This document shows positions 40,005 through 53,269 of a stretch of DNA of 64,000 bases, one piece after another. The position numbers and the translations under genes were made by a program. Under the pieces are notes generated by a model. The model had not been told where the DNA came from, searched no databases, and saw only the letters and a list, made by a program, of their open reading frames with translations. The stretch comes from Squalus acanthias (taxonomy: Eukaryota), in assembly GCA_030390025.1 (NCBI GenBank), contig CM059432.1, forward strand, positions 81,656,001 through 81,720,000. Direction: 5' to 3'. Position 1 is the stretch's first letter; every line of letters starts with the position of its first letter.

Positions 40005-40783
40005 TTTGCAACCTCAATGTCCTACCTGCTGAGTTTCCGATCCCATATCCTCTCCATCATAAAGACTGATTACTTCTATCTCCATAACATTGCTCACCTC
40101 CATCTCTGCCTCAGTGTATCTGCTGCTGAACCTTCATCCATGCCTTTGTTACTTCCAGACTTGACTGTCTCCTGGCCAGCCTCCAATCCTCCACCCTCTG
40201 TAAACTTCACCTCATCCAAAACTCAGCTGCCCGTAACTTGTCCCGCACCAAGACACACTCACACATCACCCCTGTCCTCAATGACCTATATTGGATCATG
40301 GTTCCCCCAACATTTAATATTTAAAATTCTCATCCTGGTCTCTAAATCCCTTCATGGTCTTGCCCCTTCCTATCTCTGTAACCTCTAACACCTTACAATA
40401 ACACCCTGAACTCTGCAATAAATAAAAACAGAAAATGCTGGAAATACTCTGCAGGTCAGGCAGCATCTGTGGAGAGAGAAACGGAGTTAACGTTTCAGGT
40501 CGATGACCTTTCGTCAAAACTCTTTGCTTTGACTCTGGCATCTTGTGCACTCCCCCTTCCTTTTGCCCCATGCTTTGGAATTCTGTCCCTAAACCGCTCT
40601 GGCTTTCGACCTGCATTTCCTCCTTTAAGACCATCCTTAAAATCTACCTCTTCTACTCAACCCTCCTGATACCTCCTTATTTGGCTTCCTTTTTGTCCTT
40701 ATGTCTCTGTGAAGCTCCTTGGGATATTGTTTCTATGTTAAAGGCAAGTTATATTATTGCAAGTTATTGTTGTTGTTGCTGTT
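40005..40783 (+). mobile_element. L2 LINE 3' fragment (older)
   Basis: Homologous to 27160-27620 and 28810-29067 (FKILILVSKSLHGLAPSYL). Tail GCAAGTTATTGTTGTTGTTG. Confidence 0.85.
40417..40523 (-). mobile_element. Penelope-like terminal relic carrying a hammerhead motif, inside L2
   Basis: Reverse complement: AGTT-TTGACGA-AAGGTCATCGACCT-GAAACGTT-AACT...GATGCTGCCTGACCTGC...TTTCCAGCATTTTCTG. Confidence 0.7.
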
Positions 40784-41099
40784 GAAGTGAGAAAAGTGAT
40801 ATTAAGGACTTATGGAAACAGGAAATGGGCCTTCAGCTCAATTAGGCCTGTCCTTTTTTCGTTGATCAGTGACACCAATTTGCCTTCTCACCAAATTCCT
40901 CAATCCTTTCTCTAACCCAGAAATCCATCAAATCATCTATTAAAATCTTTTAATCTGTTTTGGTGTCATCTGCAAATGTGTTTCACGGACATAATCCTTT
41001 TTATCCTCCCTAAAGCAAAATGTTTTAATCTGGTTTAAACTGATCCAAATCAAGTCACCCTTTATGATGTAAACAAAGTTTTGTTGAGAAAGATTATTA

Positions 41100-41810
41100 G
41101 GGCTAGAAATTCGGTGCCTTAGCGCCTCCCGTTATCGCCTCTGGAGGGTGATAACGGGGCGCTAAGGTCTTACCGACTGGGCGCGGCGATTTTACCGCCG
41201 CCTATGAAATTCACCTGCCGGTTTGCGATGGCGGTAACCCCTATTGCCACGCCCACCTGCAGCCGGAGATCGTGATGTCATCCGGCCGCGCATCGCCCCG
41301 GTAGCACCCATGATCCGAAATTCATTTCCACCCCCTGAAGCATCGCTGGGTGAAAACAACGCCAGCTTCAGAGGACGTGCATCGGCCGACCGGCCGCTTC
41401 GGGGACGATGCTTAAAGGAGAGGTGGCCGAGGTAAGTAAAAAAAAACTTAACTTTTTTGATCCGGTTTTTTTCACGGGTTACTGCCCGCGATCGATCAGC
41501 CCGGCAGTCTGAGTGAGTACCGGGCTGATCGCACGGGTTCACCGCTCCCTTGGTGCCCTTTCTTTTGCAGAGCCTACAGCAATAGCCCTTCCCTTTAAGG
41601 GAGGGAAGGAGCCTTCCAACGCAGCAGTGCTGTGTGGCCCAGTGTGCAGCACTGATCGCACTCGAAGAGGGAAGTGGAGCGCTTGATTTAGCGCTCCAAC
41701 TCCCTCTTGGAGTGCGAAAACCCTATTTTTTAAAAGTTAGAGAAACATAGCGCCTGGCGCTAATTTTCCAAACTTTTAAAAGTTATTGCCCCAAACCCAA
41801 TTTCACTCCC
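41100..41810. mobile_element. GC-rich Harbinger-type MITE
   Basis: GGGCTAGAAATT...AATTTCACTCCC, left flank TTA. Colinear with 51600-52353. Confidence 0.8.
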
Positions 41811-41964
41811 TACATGTCAATTCAAGAGTGTACAGTCAAATAATATGCACCAGTTTTAATACGAACAGATGAAATGTGACTATTTGAGTATCGTGTGCCA
41901 CCATCTGAACTCCAAAAAAAACATTCACAAAGAATTATCATTGGCTTTAAGTCATTATTGATCC

Positions 41965-42475
41965 AGGAATTGGCATGAGCTGCAGAGTAACTGCCCTCAA
42001 CATCAAGGCATTTGACCGAGTATAGCACCAAAGAATCCTTGCAAAACTGAGGTCAATGGTGGTGGTGGGGGGTTGGGGGGAGGATCAAGGGGGAAACCTG
42101 TCCTGGCTGGAGTCATACCTGACAGAAAGGAAGATGTTCATTGTTGTTGGAGGCATCATTGCAGCCCCAGGTCAGCACATCAGGAGTTCCTCAGGGCAGC
42201 ATCTTCAGCTGCTTCATCAGTGACCTTTCCTCCATCATAAGGAAGGGAGCTGTTTGCTCACAATTCTACAGTGAGCTCCATTCTCAACTTCTCTGATAAT
42301 GAAGCAGCAGCAGCAATCTGGACAACATCCAGTCTTGGCCTAACAAGTGGCAGGTCATATTTGTGCTATATAAGTACCAGGCAATGACCATCTCCAATAG
42401 CAAAATGCTCAATCACTGCCATCGCTGAATCCTCCACCATCTGCACTCTGGTCATCATCATTGATCAGAAGCTTC
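41965..42475 (+). mobile_element. Highly decayed family L LINE RT fragment
   Basis: Colinear with the reverse complement of about 30480-31030 (GGAGTTCCTCAGGGCAG, CTTCAGCTGCTTCATC). Confidence 0.75.
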
Positions 42476-44238
42476 ATGTGCTCATGTGAAATTCATCTGT
42501 CTGGTATTTTAACTTCTTCTAAATAAATGGATTAAAGGCATCATTAAAATAAGGCTGTGATTATTTGCAACACCAAAGTTCTGATTGGTCCCCTTGAAGG
42601 ACAAGACACAACCAGCAGTTAGTCTGGAATGTATAATTAGATCCTGCCTGCCTGAGTAATAAAGATCTTTGCAATGTGTAATTTGATCCTTTCATTGTGA
42701 CAGCCAGGGTGCAGAGCTCACAGTGCTAACACTATTGCTTTCAAAGAACAGACAGGGCTCACCCTCCCGGGTTAGAAGCACTCACATTGCTGAGTTCAGA
42801 TAGGAAGGGGTGAGATCATGGAGGGATTTTAACTGATCCTCTCTCCCCACTCCCCCCCATATGATCCTCTCTTCCCCTCTATCGGATCCTCTCTCTCCCT
42901 CATCCAATCCTCTCTCCCCTCCTATGATCCTCTCCCCCCCCCCCACCCGATCCTCTCACCCCCCCCCTTCGATCAACTTTCCCCCTACCCCCTGGCCACC
43001 AACGGATCCCCTGACCTTCTCCGCACAGAACCGAGGAAAGCATGGCGGTGCAGGCCGCAGCCACCACACCATTGGGTACTGTGCATGCGTGACCGGATCG
43101 AGTCCGCATGCGCAGTACCAAACGGGCGCACATGCGCAGAGAGAGTCAAAATGCAAATAATCACTCCGTTAAAATAATTGGCAAAGTAATTTCATATAAA
43201 TGCATTTTAAAAGGGATGCTGATGGTTGCACTCACTATTTAAGTGAAAATGCAGTAAATTCTGGCAATAATAAGTAAAACTTAGTGATAAATTGCTGTGA
43301 TGATTATTTTGGTTGCAATTTCAGAATCATTTAAAAGCTCCAAAAGAATGTTTCCTTTTTGCTGGCTAACGGACATTTCCTTAAAAAGCACAGGCACATA
43401 GCTGCACATGTTTTATTATAGCTTGATGTTTAAGCTAAACTACCAGGTGCACCCAGCTTATCTGGAAATCTACACCACTTTGACCAGGTGAATAAACTTT
43501 TCTCTGTAGGGAAATTGATAAAGGAAAACCACTGCTGGCATGTAACTGCATGGGTCTACCAAAGACATCAATTTACCTGTCAGATTTTACTAAAAATAAA
43601 GCTTTATTTCATGCAGTGATCAAATCTTAGAGAAATTAGGTCTTAAGCGTGTAATTTTTGGAACTGTATTTAACAAACCACAGTTTGTTCAAGTGATATC
43701 TATAGCGTGTTCATAGATTTAACGTGGCTGACATAATGTAGCTTTTGGCCCAGTACACACAAACTTTTCATCTGAGTGAAAGCTATAGCTATATAATAAC
43801 ATTCTGAGTGATCACCATACGGCATTGAATTCACTATAAAACATGCAGTAGCAATTTAGCTAAATCCAGCGATGGCCTCCCACTGAGAGAGATTTAGAAG
43901 GATTTGGGTTTTTTTAATTATTATTACCTGACTGTCATTATTCCATCAAATGTATTTTGTGACTTTGTGCCAATAGCAACATGAGTTACTCCATCAAATT
44001 TATTTTGCAACTTTAGCATAAATCTCAAATAGCAATTTCAGAAAAAAAAACAGATCACTAAATTCCTATTAACAGTCACAAATATAAAGAAACCCTCACC
44101 AAGCACCAATATGTTTTAGGCACTGTTATTCTATGCAGTCCTGGTTAATAGCATGCTTTATTTAACTCCTTGTCCTACTATGTAGCATAGGATCGCAGCC
44201 TACTTTGATATTGTGATCAGTAAAATACATAACAAATA

Positions 44239-44592
44239 CAGGAAACTCTTTCGTATCCGGCACCGACGGGACCGGGATGGTGCCAGTTGATTAAAAATTC
44301 TGGATAACGGAGAGGTTATCTACCGAGGCTATTTTTAACAAACAAAAATAAAAAAATCAAGAAATGTGCAGTATAATTGGATACTCCCCTACAGAATGTT
44401 GTGTTAAATGGATGGTGGAAGATGCTTGATTAAGTACAGTAATGCCAGTTGAGGGTAATCCATAACTCTTTAATTACTTAACAGTAAAACAAAACTTATA
44501 AACGACTGTATACTGTAGTTTTCGGAGTATGAATTCTGCCGGTTATTAGAGAATTCCGGATATTTAGGTGCCGTTTAAATGAGAGTTTCCTG
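44239..44592. mobile_element. Tc1/mariner (pogo/Tigger-like) MITE, 354 bp
   Basis: TA-CAGGAAACTCT...AGAGTTTCCTG-TA, with subterminal CGGCACC/GGTGCCG and a repeated GCC(A/G)GTT...AATTC(T/C)GGATA block. Confidence 0.85.
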
Positions 44593-45677
44593 TATTGTCA
44601 GATGCAAAATAAGAAAACATCAGCTACTTTCTTATTAATGGCAACTGGGATGACTAAGGAAGATTAACTTTGCTCCTGTAACGTATCAGTGTAGATTCTG
44701 AATTTCAGTTTAGCTTAGCAATTAGTTAAAATAAATGGATTAATTGCTATGTTAAAATAGCAGGCAGAGGAATGTTTTATGAACACAATAGCAGTTCATT
44801 CACTAATATCACCAACTCTAGTTTAAAGCCTTATTTTTATAGAATAACATTTTGGGATATAGTAATGTGCATTTTAAAATTTCTGGAAGAATTATGTAAC
44901 AAATCTGATTTTACCAAAAGTCTGTTTCTGCAAACTAAATCCGGGTTAGTATACTCCAAAATTACAGCAAAAAAAAAATCATCTTGCACATTCCTGATTC
45001 CGCTTTATAATTTGAGCTTGTAGAATTTGTCAAATGCAGTTTGTGTAGATGACCAGTAACATTTGCATATAATGGATAAAGAGTTCAGAACTCAAGGGGA
45101 TGAATAATTCAGAACCTATTATTAAGCGGCTTGCTTATACTTGGAGGAATATACTTTTACTTATTGAAACATTGTTAAGTTATCTTTTAAAACAGTTCTG
45201 GCAAAAATATGACTTTCTTCTTATTTGTTGTCTGTGCTAAATCGCACTGATTACTCAAGCATTGATTTTCAGCACATTCCATCCTTTTCAAAACTAGAAA
45301 AACTCAAAGGAGTGATAAGAGAAGTAAACTTAAATGTGTGTTGATGCCTTTGTTAATACTGCAGAAGACCTTGACAAACGACTATCGTAAAACTTCAGTA
45401 TCTGCATCATCTGTGTTGAGTCTGTCTACTATGGGTTTGGTCTGAAATCCACAAAGGTAGCAAAAGTGAAAGAAGTCTTTACTATGATAAAAGGGAAACT
45501 TTGTAGACAACTGTGAATGGAGTAAAAGGACATTAATGCATTGGGCAGAACCTGGATGATTCTAGAACTTAGAAGCTCTGAAAAGACAGACTCAGAACTG
45601 AGCTTGTTTACATTAGAGAAAGGAAGATTAAGCTGACATGATTCAGGTTTTCAAAATGCTGAGAGAAATGAGTAACA

Positions 45678-46027
45678 CATGAAGGGTTTTGATAGAGTAA
45701 ATAAGGAGAAACTGTTTCGACTGGCAGGAGGACCGATAACCAGAGGACACAGATTTAAGGTAATTGGCAAAAGAACCAGAGGGCAGATGAGGAGAATTTT
45801 GTTTACACAGCGAGTTGTTATGATCTGGAATGCATTGTGTGAAAGGGTGGTGAAAGCAGATTCAATATTAACTTTCAAAAGTATATTGGATATATACTTA
45901 AAAGGAAACATTTGCAGGGCTATGGGGAAAGAGCAGGGGTGTGGGACTAATTGGATCGTGCTTTCAAAGAGCCGGCACAGGCACAATGGACTGAATGTCC
46001 TCATTCTGTGTTGTATGATTTATGATT
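45678..46027 (+). mobile_element. CR1 3' end fragment
   Basis: MKGFDRVNKEKLF...TRGHRFKV...FTQRVV; ATGATTT-type tail. Confidence 0.88.
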
Positions 46028-47868
46028 AATGTAAACAGTTATTTAGATTGGACTATGAATACAGAACTAGAGAAAATGAGAATAATATTAACAATGTTCA
46101 ACCAACTCGAGATTGGCAAGCATCTTCTCCCAATAAATGATGAAAATATGGACTAAACTCCCAGCCAAAATTAGTTAATGCTGAATTAATTCCTTTTTAA
46201 AAAGAGCTGGATAAATATCAAGTTGGAAATAGGATTGGGGATCATAAGGATGAAACCAAGCAGGAATGATCAAACATTGTGTGGAATATTGTGGCTCCTG
46301 CACTGTTGGGACTATGGAAGTGTCATTTCCAAGAGACCTACCAGTGGATATTATAATATTTGAGACTTTGTAGAGCCTTTACTCAGGAGATTAAAGGGAA
46401 TAGTAGAGTCCATGGAATAGAATGGTTTTGAAAGGGTTCTTGGAAGGAATGTGCTTGATGGGTCTTTTCTCATTCTATTTTTTTTAAGTTCCACAAGTGT
46501 AGTTAAGAATTTGTCCTTTCTCTGGTGTTGCAGTTATACTGAGGATCCGGCCCCGAATCTGCCGAGTGTGATTTGCAGAATTATGCTGTGGGATGCAAAT
46601 TGCCAGGAGCACAGCATTTATGCATATGTGAAGAACTCCGTGTCTGGATAATTTGAGAATAGCCTTTCTCAAAGATTAAAAAAACTGTAATAAAGTACCC
46701 AGGAGTTCCAGCAGTTACCCTGAGCAATTTTTAAACTTGGGTTCACAGTGCACTGAAGTTATACTGTACATGGTGTCAATCCCACATGATGTGAGAGGGC
46801 CTCCACCATTGGCTGACTTCAGGTTTATACTGTCACTTTTGCATCCAATCAGAAACTGCTTCACAAAAGCAGCAGTGTAACTGCATCCCTTAGTCTAAGG
46901 AAATCCTCCCTTTCAAATAATTCAGCAGTGCGGACCATATGAAAAGCCTGCATAGATATTTTAAAGAAGCAGAAATTGTTGTCAAAAGGTTCATGATTTA
47001 TCTAAGCTGTCAATAATATAATTAAACAAACTCTTTGCCCTTTCCAGATTACTATGAAGGACAAAAAAGGTTGATCTGACTGATTTATCTTCACTCACGG
47101 GCTCGTATAGTAAGTAATTTTTATAAACACTCATTTTTGATAACATGCTGAAATACAAAAGTAGGATCTGTGGACAACTGCAGTGTAAAGAACTGCAAAT
47201 ATGCTGACAAGTAAAAATAAATACTATTTATGTTGACAGCTTACATGGTAATTATCTGGTGCTAGCCCACAAAGTATTGAATTCAATTTCACAGCTTAGC
47301 ATGATGGGATTTGAATTTATACCCCTTCCAAACTCTTCATCAGAACTTAAGGCTCTTGCCAAAAACAGGCAAAACATTTTACTAATGCATGCTTATGACC
47401 ACATGTGTATTCTCCCATATTCTCACTAGGAATGGGCTATGCCTTGAGTTTGCTTTATAAAATGGGTCTTGGAGGTAGGCACGTTCTATGCTAATGGGAA
47501 GTCAATATTTAAATAGGTACCTGCCATTTATGAAAAAGAATAACTAAAAGTGTCACTTATTTTTAGACTTGTGCTAGATATTATTTCCAGCGCTATTATT
47601 TTATGCATTTCATTGCAGGATTTTGTTCTAGCGCTTAGGGTGCCCATTTTTAGATGCTAAAATTATAATTTTGTAAATGGGCATTTGAATTGAAGATTCC
47701 TCTCTTTCTGTGCTATTAGGAGGATGGGGAAGAGGACGAAAGAAAGGCTATGAGGGAAGTCAGACTGCATCAAAGGTGGACTGCCATTATGCATACTTTA
47801 CTTGCTATATCTCAAACCAAGGCACACCTGCCTTGGAATGTCAGAGGAAAGCTACGTGTGCAGACTGT

Positions 47869-49567
47869 GGCCACGATTTTGCCAGCGCTAGAGGGCGGGT
47901 TTGGAGGCGGGTCAGAGGTTAAAGTCATCCCACCTCCATACAACCTTCCCAAGTGTCGGGTCCCCGATTTGCGAATGGACCCGACACCTAACGGTGGGAA
48001 ACAGATTAAAGGCATGCTTGCAGTAGAATGAGGGTGGAGGGAGTCATTGGAGAGCCTGGGTGCAAGAGTTCACCTTTGCGCAGTAATTGTCAGTGTTTTC
48101 AGCACCTCAATGCTTTTAAGGAAACCAGCAGGTGACGCGTCATCAAATGACATCATCAGACCCGCTTCCTGTTAATTGGCCAGTAAGCCCGCAGGGCGGG
48201 CTTAACAAGGCCAATCAAGGGAAAATCATGTCTGCAGAGCGGAGGCAGCTGGGGGCGGGACTGGAACCCGGAAAACAGCTCACCCGCACCCATCCCGACA
48301 CCGCTGAGAAAATTGCAGCCTACTCTATAGAGGGAGTCACAGCACGCAGGGAGGTTCACTTCCCTTCCAAGGGCGGAAGAGACCTCTCCAGGACACCAAC
48401 TTACCTTGCACCTCCACCCATCCCGCTCTATCTACATTATCACTTCCCCATCTCACAACCACCCCTCACACTCACCCTCATTCTACTGCAAGCATACCAA
48501 CTAACAACACACAAGGGTGGGCACTTGAGAGGTTTAGCCAATGTCCATGTGAAGTTTCTGGTAATGTGTTGTCATATAGTGAAATCTCTTTTTCAAAAAG
48601 TGCCCCTTATTGGACAGATCTGAGCGCACATTGAGAAGTGTCTTACTGAGTTCCAGTGATTGTTCAGTCGTAACTGCCACCCCCCACCCACCCCCCCCCC
48701 CCGCCCCGCTATAGTGATGTGTGTGCATGGAATGGCTTGGACATTAAAGGGATGCTTCACGGTGCTGGTGTGGGATGCTGGCAACCTGGCGCATCATGTG
48801 GCAGCCAGGGTTTACAGCATCAAGTGAAGAAAATCTGGCCATGGTGATGCCATCGCTGGCCTCCCGGGCAGCAATGTTGTCAGGGGCTGATGCCCTGTGT
48901 CCAGTGCAGCATCAGGTGATGGCGGTGAAGGTTGGTGATGAGGTTGGTGATGTTGTTGTTGGGGATGATTGTGGAAGGATTCAGAGGACCAAGGTCTGAT
49001 TGTTTCATTGGCTCCGATGTTGCTGGAATAGATGGCAGCTGCAGGTGAGATGACAGAAGCGATCTGTCACTGGTGAGAGAGGTTCTTCCAATGAGGTGGC
49101 ACTGGACATACAGTTGGATTTAAAAACTTGTAAGCTAAAGAAATCTGTATATGTATTAAAAATGCAGTAACCAATATTTTCTTTGCTCTGAAACTCACCA
49201 TGTGCAACATTGCATCCTTCACACCATTTCTGCAGCTGTCATCTTTTCACAAACATCAGACCAGACTCACAACATGCCACACTTACCTGGCGTGTTGTCT
49301 GGACATCATAAAACCCAACCCAGAAGTTGGAAAATCGAAAAAGACCCTGAAAATTGCTCACAAGTACCTGTTAATAGGCAGTTAATTGCCTTTAATCCGT
49401 TTCCCGCCGCTAGGTGTTGGGTCCATTCGCAAATCGGGGACCCAAAACTTGGGAAGGTTGTGTGGAGGCGGGATGACAGCAGGTTCCGAACTTGCCATCA
49501 ATCAAAATGACTTTAACCTCTGACCCGCCTACAAACCCGCCCTCTGAGCGCTGGCAAAATCACAGCA
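47869..49567. mobile_element. Rearranged composite of Myb-bearing Harbinger derivatives
   Basis: About 60-bp inverted ends GATTTTGCCAGCGCT(C)AGAGGGCGGGTTTG(G/T)AGGCGGGTCAGAGGTTAAAGTCAT with flanks TGT/TAT. Myb fragment EGVTARREVHFPS at 48330. Homology to 59116-64000. Confidence 0.8.
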
Positions 49568-49886
49568 TATAACTCTATGACTAGTGAGGTAGTGATCGAG
49601 TTGTGCCATCACCTGGAATTTGACCTCCAGCCAACCTCCGCCTGATAGCGGCTCTCACAGCCCTGAACCTTTATATGTCTGACACATTCTAAGCTGCCAC
49701 AGGGCGTCACCAATATCAGTCAATCTACAGTTCATAGCGGCTTCAAGCAGATGACCAACGTGCTGTTTGCCAGAGCAAAAATTGTCATCACTTTCCTCAT
49801 TAGCAGCTGGCAACTGGATGAAATTATTGTGCTATTTTTCACATAACAGGATCTTCTAAAGCCCAGGGCATCATTGATAACCCCCA

Positions 49887-51064
49887 TTTTTGTTTTATAT
49901 TTGATCCTGGGATGTGGGCGTCGCTGGAAAGGCCAGCATTTATTGCCCATCCCTAATTGCCCCTTGTGGTGGTGAGCCGCCTTCTTGAACTGCTGCAGTC
50001 CATGTGATGAAGGTACTCCCACAGTGCTGAGTGGGAGGGAGTTCCAGGATTTTGACCCAGCGACGATGAAGGATCGGCGATATACTTCCAAGTCAGGATG
50101 GTGTGTAACTTGGAGGGGAACTTGGAGGTGATGGTGTTCCCATGCGCCTGCTGCCCTTGTCCTTCTAGGTGGTAGAGGTCGCAGGTTTAGAAGTGCTGCC
50201 GAAGAAGCCTTGGCGAGTTGCTGCAGTGCATCTTGTAGATGGTACACACTGCAGCCACGGTACGCCGGTGGTGGAGGGAGTGAATGTTTAAGGTGATGGA
50301 TGGGTGCCAATCAAGTGGGCTGCTTTGTCCTGGATGGTTTCGAGTTTCTTGAGTGTTGTTGGAGCTGCACTCATCCAGGCAAGTGGAGAGTATTCCATCA
50401 CACTCCTGACTTGTGCCTTGTAGATGGTGGAAAGGCTTTGGGGAGTCAGGAGGTGAGACACTCGCCACAGAATACCCAGCCTCTGACCCACTCTTGTTGC
50501 CACAGTATTTATGTGGCTGGTCCAGTTAAGTTTCTGGTCAATGGTGACCCCCAGGATCTTGATGGTGGGAGTTTCGGCGATGGTAATGCCATTGAATGTC
50601 AAGGGGCGGTGGTTAGACTCTCGCTTGTTGGAGATAGTCATTGCCTGGCACTTGTGTGGCGTGAATGTTACTTACCACTTATCAGGCCAAGCCTGAATGT
50701 CATCCAGGTCTCGCTGTATGCGGGCATGGACTGCTTCATCACGTGAGGAGTTGCGAATGGAACTGAACACTGTGCAATCATCAGCGAACATCCCCACTTC
50801 TGACCTTATGATGCAGGGAAGTTCATTGATGAAGCAGCTGAAGATGGTTGGGCCTAGGACACTGCCTTGAGGAACTCCTGCAGCGATGTCCTGGGGCTGA
50901 GATGATTGACCTCCAACAACCACAACCATCTTCCTTTGTGCTAGGTATGACTCCAGCCAGTGGAGATCTTGCCCCCTGATTCCCATTGACTTCAATTTTA
51001 CTTGATGGCACACTCGGTCAAATGCTGCCTTGATGTCAAGGGCAGTCACTCTCACCTCACCTCT
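49887..51064 (-). mobile_element. Family L LINE 3' fragment
   Basis: Closely similar to 29836-31027. [21 protein letters not shown] and FADDCTVF motifs. Confidence 0.9.
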
Positions 51065-51599
51065 TGCAGCCCTACAGGCCCCTGCAACCAATCCCATCAC
51101 CTTCATAAATGCAAGGGCTTTTATTCCATCAGTGTGCTGGTCATCTGTCAGCATCAACACAGTATCATGCAAGTGAATGCTTGGCTGCAAACATGCAGAC
51201 ATGTCAGGTTCATTTAAGGCTATCCACCATAAACAGAAACTGTTGAGATAGTCACTTGCCTCACTGCATCATCAAAGGATGAGGAATGGTTGCAGCGTAA
51301 CATGTATGCCCATACTGCAAGAGGGCATATTTCCTTGCTGAAACTTTTTTTTAAATTATTTCTCAAGTATGAGCGTCGCTAGCAAGGCCAGTATTTATTG
51401 CTGTTGTCATTTGACCACTTGACAAAGTGCCTTAAAAAACAAGCTTACTACATAACTACCCTGCATGATGCACGTTCATTTACTCACAAACAAGCTACAA
51501 TGCAGGGTGACCACCTGGTACTCACTCATTACAAATTCCTATCTGCCGTAGATACCTCCTTGGGTTCAGTGGCATCAGTCACTCCTGTAAACAGTCTGT

Positions 51600-52353
51600 G
51601 GGGCGAAATTGGGTGCCTTTGCGCTTCCCGTTAGCGCCCGGGCACTAACAGGGCGCAAATGGCTTTGTGACCAGGTGTGGCGCTGACATCGATTCCCACC
51701 ATATTCGGTGGGAGTTTTGCGGTGGCGCTACAGCGTTGCGCCCTGATCTCCATCGCCCGGAGATTGTGACGTTAACGCTGTACGCATCATCCCAGTAGCG
51801 CCCCGGACCCGAAATTGACTTCCGACCCTTGCTGCAGTGCCCGTCGAAAACACCGACACCTGCAGGAGGCGTGCATCGGGCAGCCAGCCGCTTCGGGGGC
51901 GATGATTAAAGGCGAGGTGGCCGAGGTAAGTAAAAAAAAAACTTATCTTTCTTGTTCCCGTTTTTTTTGTGTGTTCCTGCTCACGATCGATCAGCTCGGC
52001 ACTCTACTTGAGTGCCGGGCTAATCGCGTGGGATCGTGGCTGTCTTGATGGTCCAGGTAGATACATTTTCTATTGCAGAGCCTGCAGCAATGGCCCTTCC
52101 CTTTAAGGGAGGGAAGAAGCCTTTGAACGCGGCAGCACTGCCCAGCCCAGTGGGCAGCGCTGCTGAAGTCTCCGCCCCGCCTGCTGCTGATTGCGCTCCA
52201 AGGAGGAAGTGGAGCTCTTGATTTAGCATCCACTTCCTTCCTGGAGTGCAAAACCAAATTTTTTTAAAGTTTAGAAACATTAGCGCCTGGCGCTAATTTT
52301 CTCAACTTTTAAAATTTAGTGCCCCAAACGGGGCTATAATGAATTTCTCCCCC
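51600..52353. mobile_element. GC-rich Harbinger-type MITE
   Basis: GGGGCGAAATT...AATTTCTCCCCC. Shares CCCTTCCCTTTAAGGGAGGGAAG and GAGGTGGCCGAGGTAAGT with 41100. Confidence 0.8.
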
Positions 52354-53269
52354 TTTATGGGTGTTGACTCACACTGCTCTATATCTAATTTTACAATGAT
52401 GTAAGCCAGGGACATAACAATATCATCCTCTTCATACCTGGATTCGACATTTGTGCACTTTGCATGAGTATTTCTTTACTCTCTTTTGAAGACGAATCAA
52501 ATAAACATTGGTGAGACGAGGTTAGGCTTTATTTCACAACGTTAGTATATAGATCAGCTGTTATGACTGGATTCATTTAATTCAAACCATACAAGTTTTA
52601 TTTGCATAATAATACAAAATAAAGAACACACCACACTACCTCACATCAGTGGATTGGCTCACTTGACTTAGACAAGATGGCATCTAACTACCCTCAAGTA
52701 TTTCAATCCTCTTTGCTTCAGCGAAATGCCTCACTGTTTTCCCTTCAACAAACCTGACTGCCCTCCCAACCTTCCTGTTTCTTCTCAAGTCAGCCTGAGT
52801 CTAGTGTCAGGTTTTAGTCAAATTGACTGCTTCCCCCCACAAGAGTGGAACCACTAACCTAACTTGGCAATGAACTTTACGGAATTGGAATAAACAGAGT
52901 TGTTGCAAAAGGAATGAGTGTGAACGATCACTGGAATATTATTCTCTTATATTATCTTTCATTGTCTGTAGCATGTTGGTTCAGATAACCTGTCTGAATC
53001 CTAATCTATATCTCTCAGCCATGCTACTCTGTGAATTTAACCACCTGAGAATTAAGTTTAGCTCAATGGTAGCATTTTTGACTTGTATTACACCAAGGTC
53101 CCCTGCGGCAGCATAGACATAGACACATACGCAAATCATGGATAGGGTGTTAAAGTTAGTTACACTCTATGTCAGCTGTGCCCAGATAGGTTTGTTGGGA
53201 CGCTGTAGAATAACGTCAAAGTAGATGAAAGGAATGAGACCTATGGCAGGTGATTTAATGCAGAGGCCA

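Larger units (their letters stand above)
47820..51330 (+). pseudogene. Decayed Harbinger (HARBI1-type) transposase N-terminal and central region, split by two insertions
   Basis: RHTCLGMSEESYVCRL | insertion | MTSEVVIELCHHLEFDLQPTS, LTALNLY, NISQSTVH, TNVLFARA, GSSKAQGIIDNPH | LINE | AALQAP, KGFYSISVLVICQHQHSIMQVNA. These match the family motifs GFPxVxGxIDCTHV and NRKGFHSINVQxVCD. Confidence 0.85.

Noticed and set aside
46451..46672. Possible exon after TTGCAG (YTEDPAPNLPSV...)
   Set aside because: Unrecognised peptide with an in-frame stop and no clear donor.
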